Assembly (NCBI GenBank): GCA_031393555.1
Contig: JANMVW010000334.1
Coordinates: 1-58,727, forward strand
DNA from: Acidobacteriota bacterium
GTDB lineage: Bacteria > Acidobacteriota > Polarisedimenticolia > Polarisedimenticolales > DASRJG01
Reading direction: 5' to 3'
DNA: 58,727 bases
Under the pieces are notes generated by a model. It searched no databases, was not told the origin of the DNA, and worked only from the letters and a program-made list of their open reading frames with translations. Below, one piece after another: positions 57,151 through 58,727 of the stretch; position 1 is the stretch's first letter; the number at the start of each line of letters is the position of its first letter. Both the position numbers and the translations under genes were made by a program.

Positions 57151-58727
57151 ATGAACACCTTGCGACTGATCCTCGGATCCGCGGTACTGGCGGCGCTGAC
57201 GCAGTCTTCGCCCTTGGCGGCGGGATCGAACCGCATCGACAAACTCGCTCCCGACCTTCGCGACTCCCTGACGATCTCGCGTGATCAGCGTGTCATTGTC
57301 ACCTACGCTCCGGGGCTCGATGAGGCGGGAGTTCAGGCCCTCGTCTCGAAGAGCGGCCGAGTCTCTAGGAGGCTCTCTGGCTCGACGTTGATCACGTCGT
57401 CGCTCTCCCGTCGGGAGATCGAAGTGCTCGAAAGGGACGGCCGCGTGATCAGTATCTCCCCCGATCGCAAGGTCGTCGCGACGATGGACATCGCGGTCCC
57501 GACGATCGGCGCCGACCGCCTGGGACGGTACTTGGGGTATTCAGGAAAAGGAGTTACCGTCGCGGTGATCGACTCCGGGCTCACAACGAGCGCGGCCGTT
57601 CCGCAGTCGCGCGTTCTCGCCAGCGTCGATTTCACCGGCGCGCGCCCCAGCACCGACGCATTTGGCCATGGCACACACGTGGCTGGGACCATCGGCGGCT
57701 CGGGCGCCAAAGGCTCCGTCCGAGGCGTCGCGCCGGAGGCGGCCCTGGTCTCGTTACGGGTTCTCGACGCCAACGGCCAAGGATACGTGAGTAACGTCAT
57801 AGAAGCGATCGACTGGACGATCGCCCACCGCAGAGACTATCGAATTCGCGTCGTGAACCTCTCGTTTGGCCACCCCCCCGCTGAGTCGTACCGCACCGAC
57901 CCGCTCGCCCATGCCGTGGAGCGCGCTTGGGCCGCCGGCCTCGTCGTCGTCGCCTCCGCCGGTAATCGCGGTCGCGACGGACACTTCACGGTGAACGCCC
58001 CCGGCAGCGACCCGTACGTATTGACCGTTGGGGCGATGAACGACTTGAACACCGCCGAGCGTGCGGACGACATCACGACGACCTACAGCAGCAAAGGACC
58101 GACCTTCGGCGACCACATCCTCAAGCCTGACCTCGTGGCACCAGGGAATCGCATCGTATCCTCGCTCGCGCCGGGAGCGACCCTTGCACGCCTCTATCCG
58201 GACCGGGTCGTCTCGAAGGACCGAATTGAATTGTCCGGCAGCAGTATGTCGACCGCGGTCGTTTCCGGAGCTGTGGCAATTCTTCTTCAGAGGAACCCAA
58301 ACCTTACCCCCGACCAGGTCAAGGCGATCCTGCTCTACTCCGCCGACCGTTTGCGTAACGCCGACCGATTCACTGTTGGAGCGGGCTACCTCAACCTAAT
58401 TCACGCGGTGGCGATGACGGGTCACTTCCGTTCGGTCCGGTTCAACAGCGCGTCGCCTGTCGTTCACCCGAATGCCGTCGGAGGTTTCTCGCTCTCGCCA
58501 ACGGCTTCGATCCTCCAGTCGAGCACCGCAACCTGGGGTGACACCGCAACCTGGGGCGACACCGCAACCTGGGGCGACACCGCAACCTGGGGCGACACCG
58601 CAATCTGGGGCGACACCGCAACCTGGGGCGACACCGCAACCTGGGGTGATACGGCCGTCTGGGGCGACACCGCAACCTGGGGCGACACTGCCATCAACGG
58701 CGACACCGCAACCTGGGGCGACACCGC
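57151..58727 (+). CDS. subtilisin-like (S8) serine peptidase with C-terminal TATWGD hexapeptide repeats (runs off the window end)
   Basis: My translation from ATG 57151 gives a signal peptide ([25 protein letters not shown]), an I9-like propeptide, and the catalytic Asp (VAVIDSGL), His (HGTHVAG) and Ser (SGSSMST). At least 11 TATWGD repeats follow. It is missing from the ORF track because there is no stop inside the window. Confidence 0.9.
   Translation, partial: MNTLRLILGSAVLAALTQSSPLAAGSNRIDKLAPDLRDSLTISRDQRVIVTYAPGLDEAGVQALVSKSGRVSRRLSGSTLITSSLSRREIEVLERDGRVISISPDRKVVATMDIAVPTIGADRLGRYLGYSGKGVTVAVIDSGLTTSAAVPQSRVLASVDFTGARPSTDAFGHGTHVAGTIGGSGAKGSVRGVAPEAALVSLRVLDANGQGYVSNVIEAIDWTIAHRRDYRIRVVNLSFGHPPAESYRTDPLAHAVERAWAAGLVVVASAGNRGRDGHFTVNAPGSDPYVLTVGAMNDLNTAERADDITTTYSSKGPTFGDHILKPDLVAPGNRIVSSLAPGATLARLYPDRVVSKDRIELSGSSMSTAVVSGAVAILLQRNPNLTPDQVKAILLYSADRLRNADRFTVGAGYLNLIHAVAMTGHFRSVRFNSASPVVHPNAVGGFSLSPTASILQSSTATWGDTATWGDTATWGDTATWGDTAIWGDTATWGDTATWGDTAVWGDTATWGDTAINGDTATWGDT
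58525..58727. repeat. 18-bp tandem repeat (ACCGCAACCTGGGGCGAC), at least 11 units, truncated by the window end
   Basis: Units start at 58525, 58543, 58561 and so on. Most are identical or differ by 1-2 nt. The units at 58651 and 58687 are more diverged. The array is in frame within the S8 peptidase gene. Confidence 0.92.

Noticed and set aside
58442-58724. Minus-strand ORFs encoding RLRCRP and VAVSPQ repeats.
   Set aside because: They are mirror images of the 18-bp tandem repeat inside the S8 protease gene and are not independent genes.
58525-58727. A possible CRISPR array.
   Set aside because: The 18-bp units are directly adjacent with no spacers and are in frame within a protease gene. 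No cas genes are present.

Overview
High-GC bacterial chromosomal segment, roughly two-thirds G+C by eye. It is very gene-dense, with about 60 protein genes and 3 tRNAs. I saw no rRNA, CRISPR array, transposase or integrase. The long ORFs in the track that lie antisense to real genes are high-GC artefacts. Many true starts are internal to the listed ORFs. The track translates GTG and TTG starts as M, and many adjacent genes are coupled by ATGA, GTGA or TAGTG overlaps.

Most of the content is housekeeping: guaB (partial), secA, rny, typA, moaDE, aroB, the F0 part of ATP synthase (atpZ, atpI, atpB, atpE, atpF), a lone nuoM-like gene, pgk-tpiA-secG, acs, a class A PBP, HU and queCE. The tRNAs are Ala(GGC), Leu(GAG) and a tRNA-Sec-like gene (UCA anticodon).

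The least ordinary part is a signalling island at about 22.0-34.4 kb:
- A six-gene minus-strand operon encodes a GAF-PP2C phosphatase, a receiver domain, a 702-aa protein, an RsbW-like GHKL kinase, a PAS-DHp protein with no ATPase domain, and a STAS protein. It contains no sigma factor gene.
- In the 702-aa protein, a complete MglA-type Ras-like GTPase domain is fused to GAF-HisKA-HATPase. This is my top candidate for something undescribed.
- An ECF sigma/anti-sigma pair lies next to the operon.
- A Ser/Thr kinase operon follows, encoding a kinase, an NHL-repeat protein and a PEGA/PDZ protein.

Other points worth a second look:
- A 284-nt spacer holds a strong minus-strand intrinsic terminator preceded by a hairpin with a CCUCCUCC (anti-Shine-Dalgarno) loop. 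This may be a small RNA or a 3'UTR-derived RNA.
- A G10 tract lies in a divergent promoter region.
- A lower-GC islet carries an orphan gene.
- An S8 protease has a near-perfect 18-bp (TATWGD) tandem array that runs off the window end.

Taxonomy cannot be established from here. The PEGA, NHL and MglA-like content would fit Acidobacteriota- or Myxococcota-like lineages, but that is inference only.
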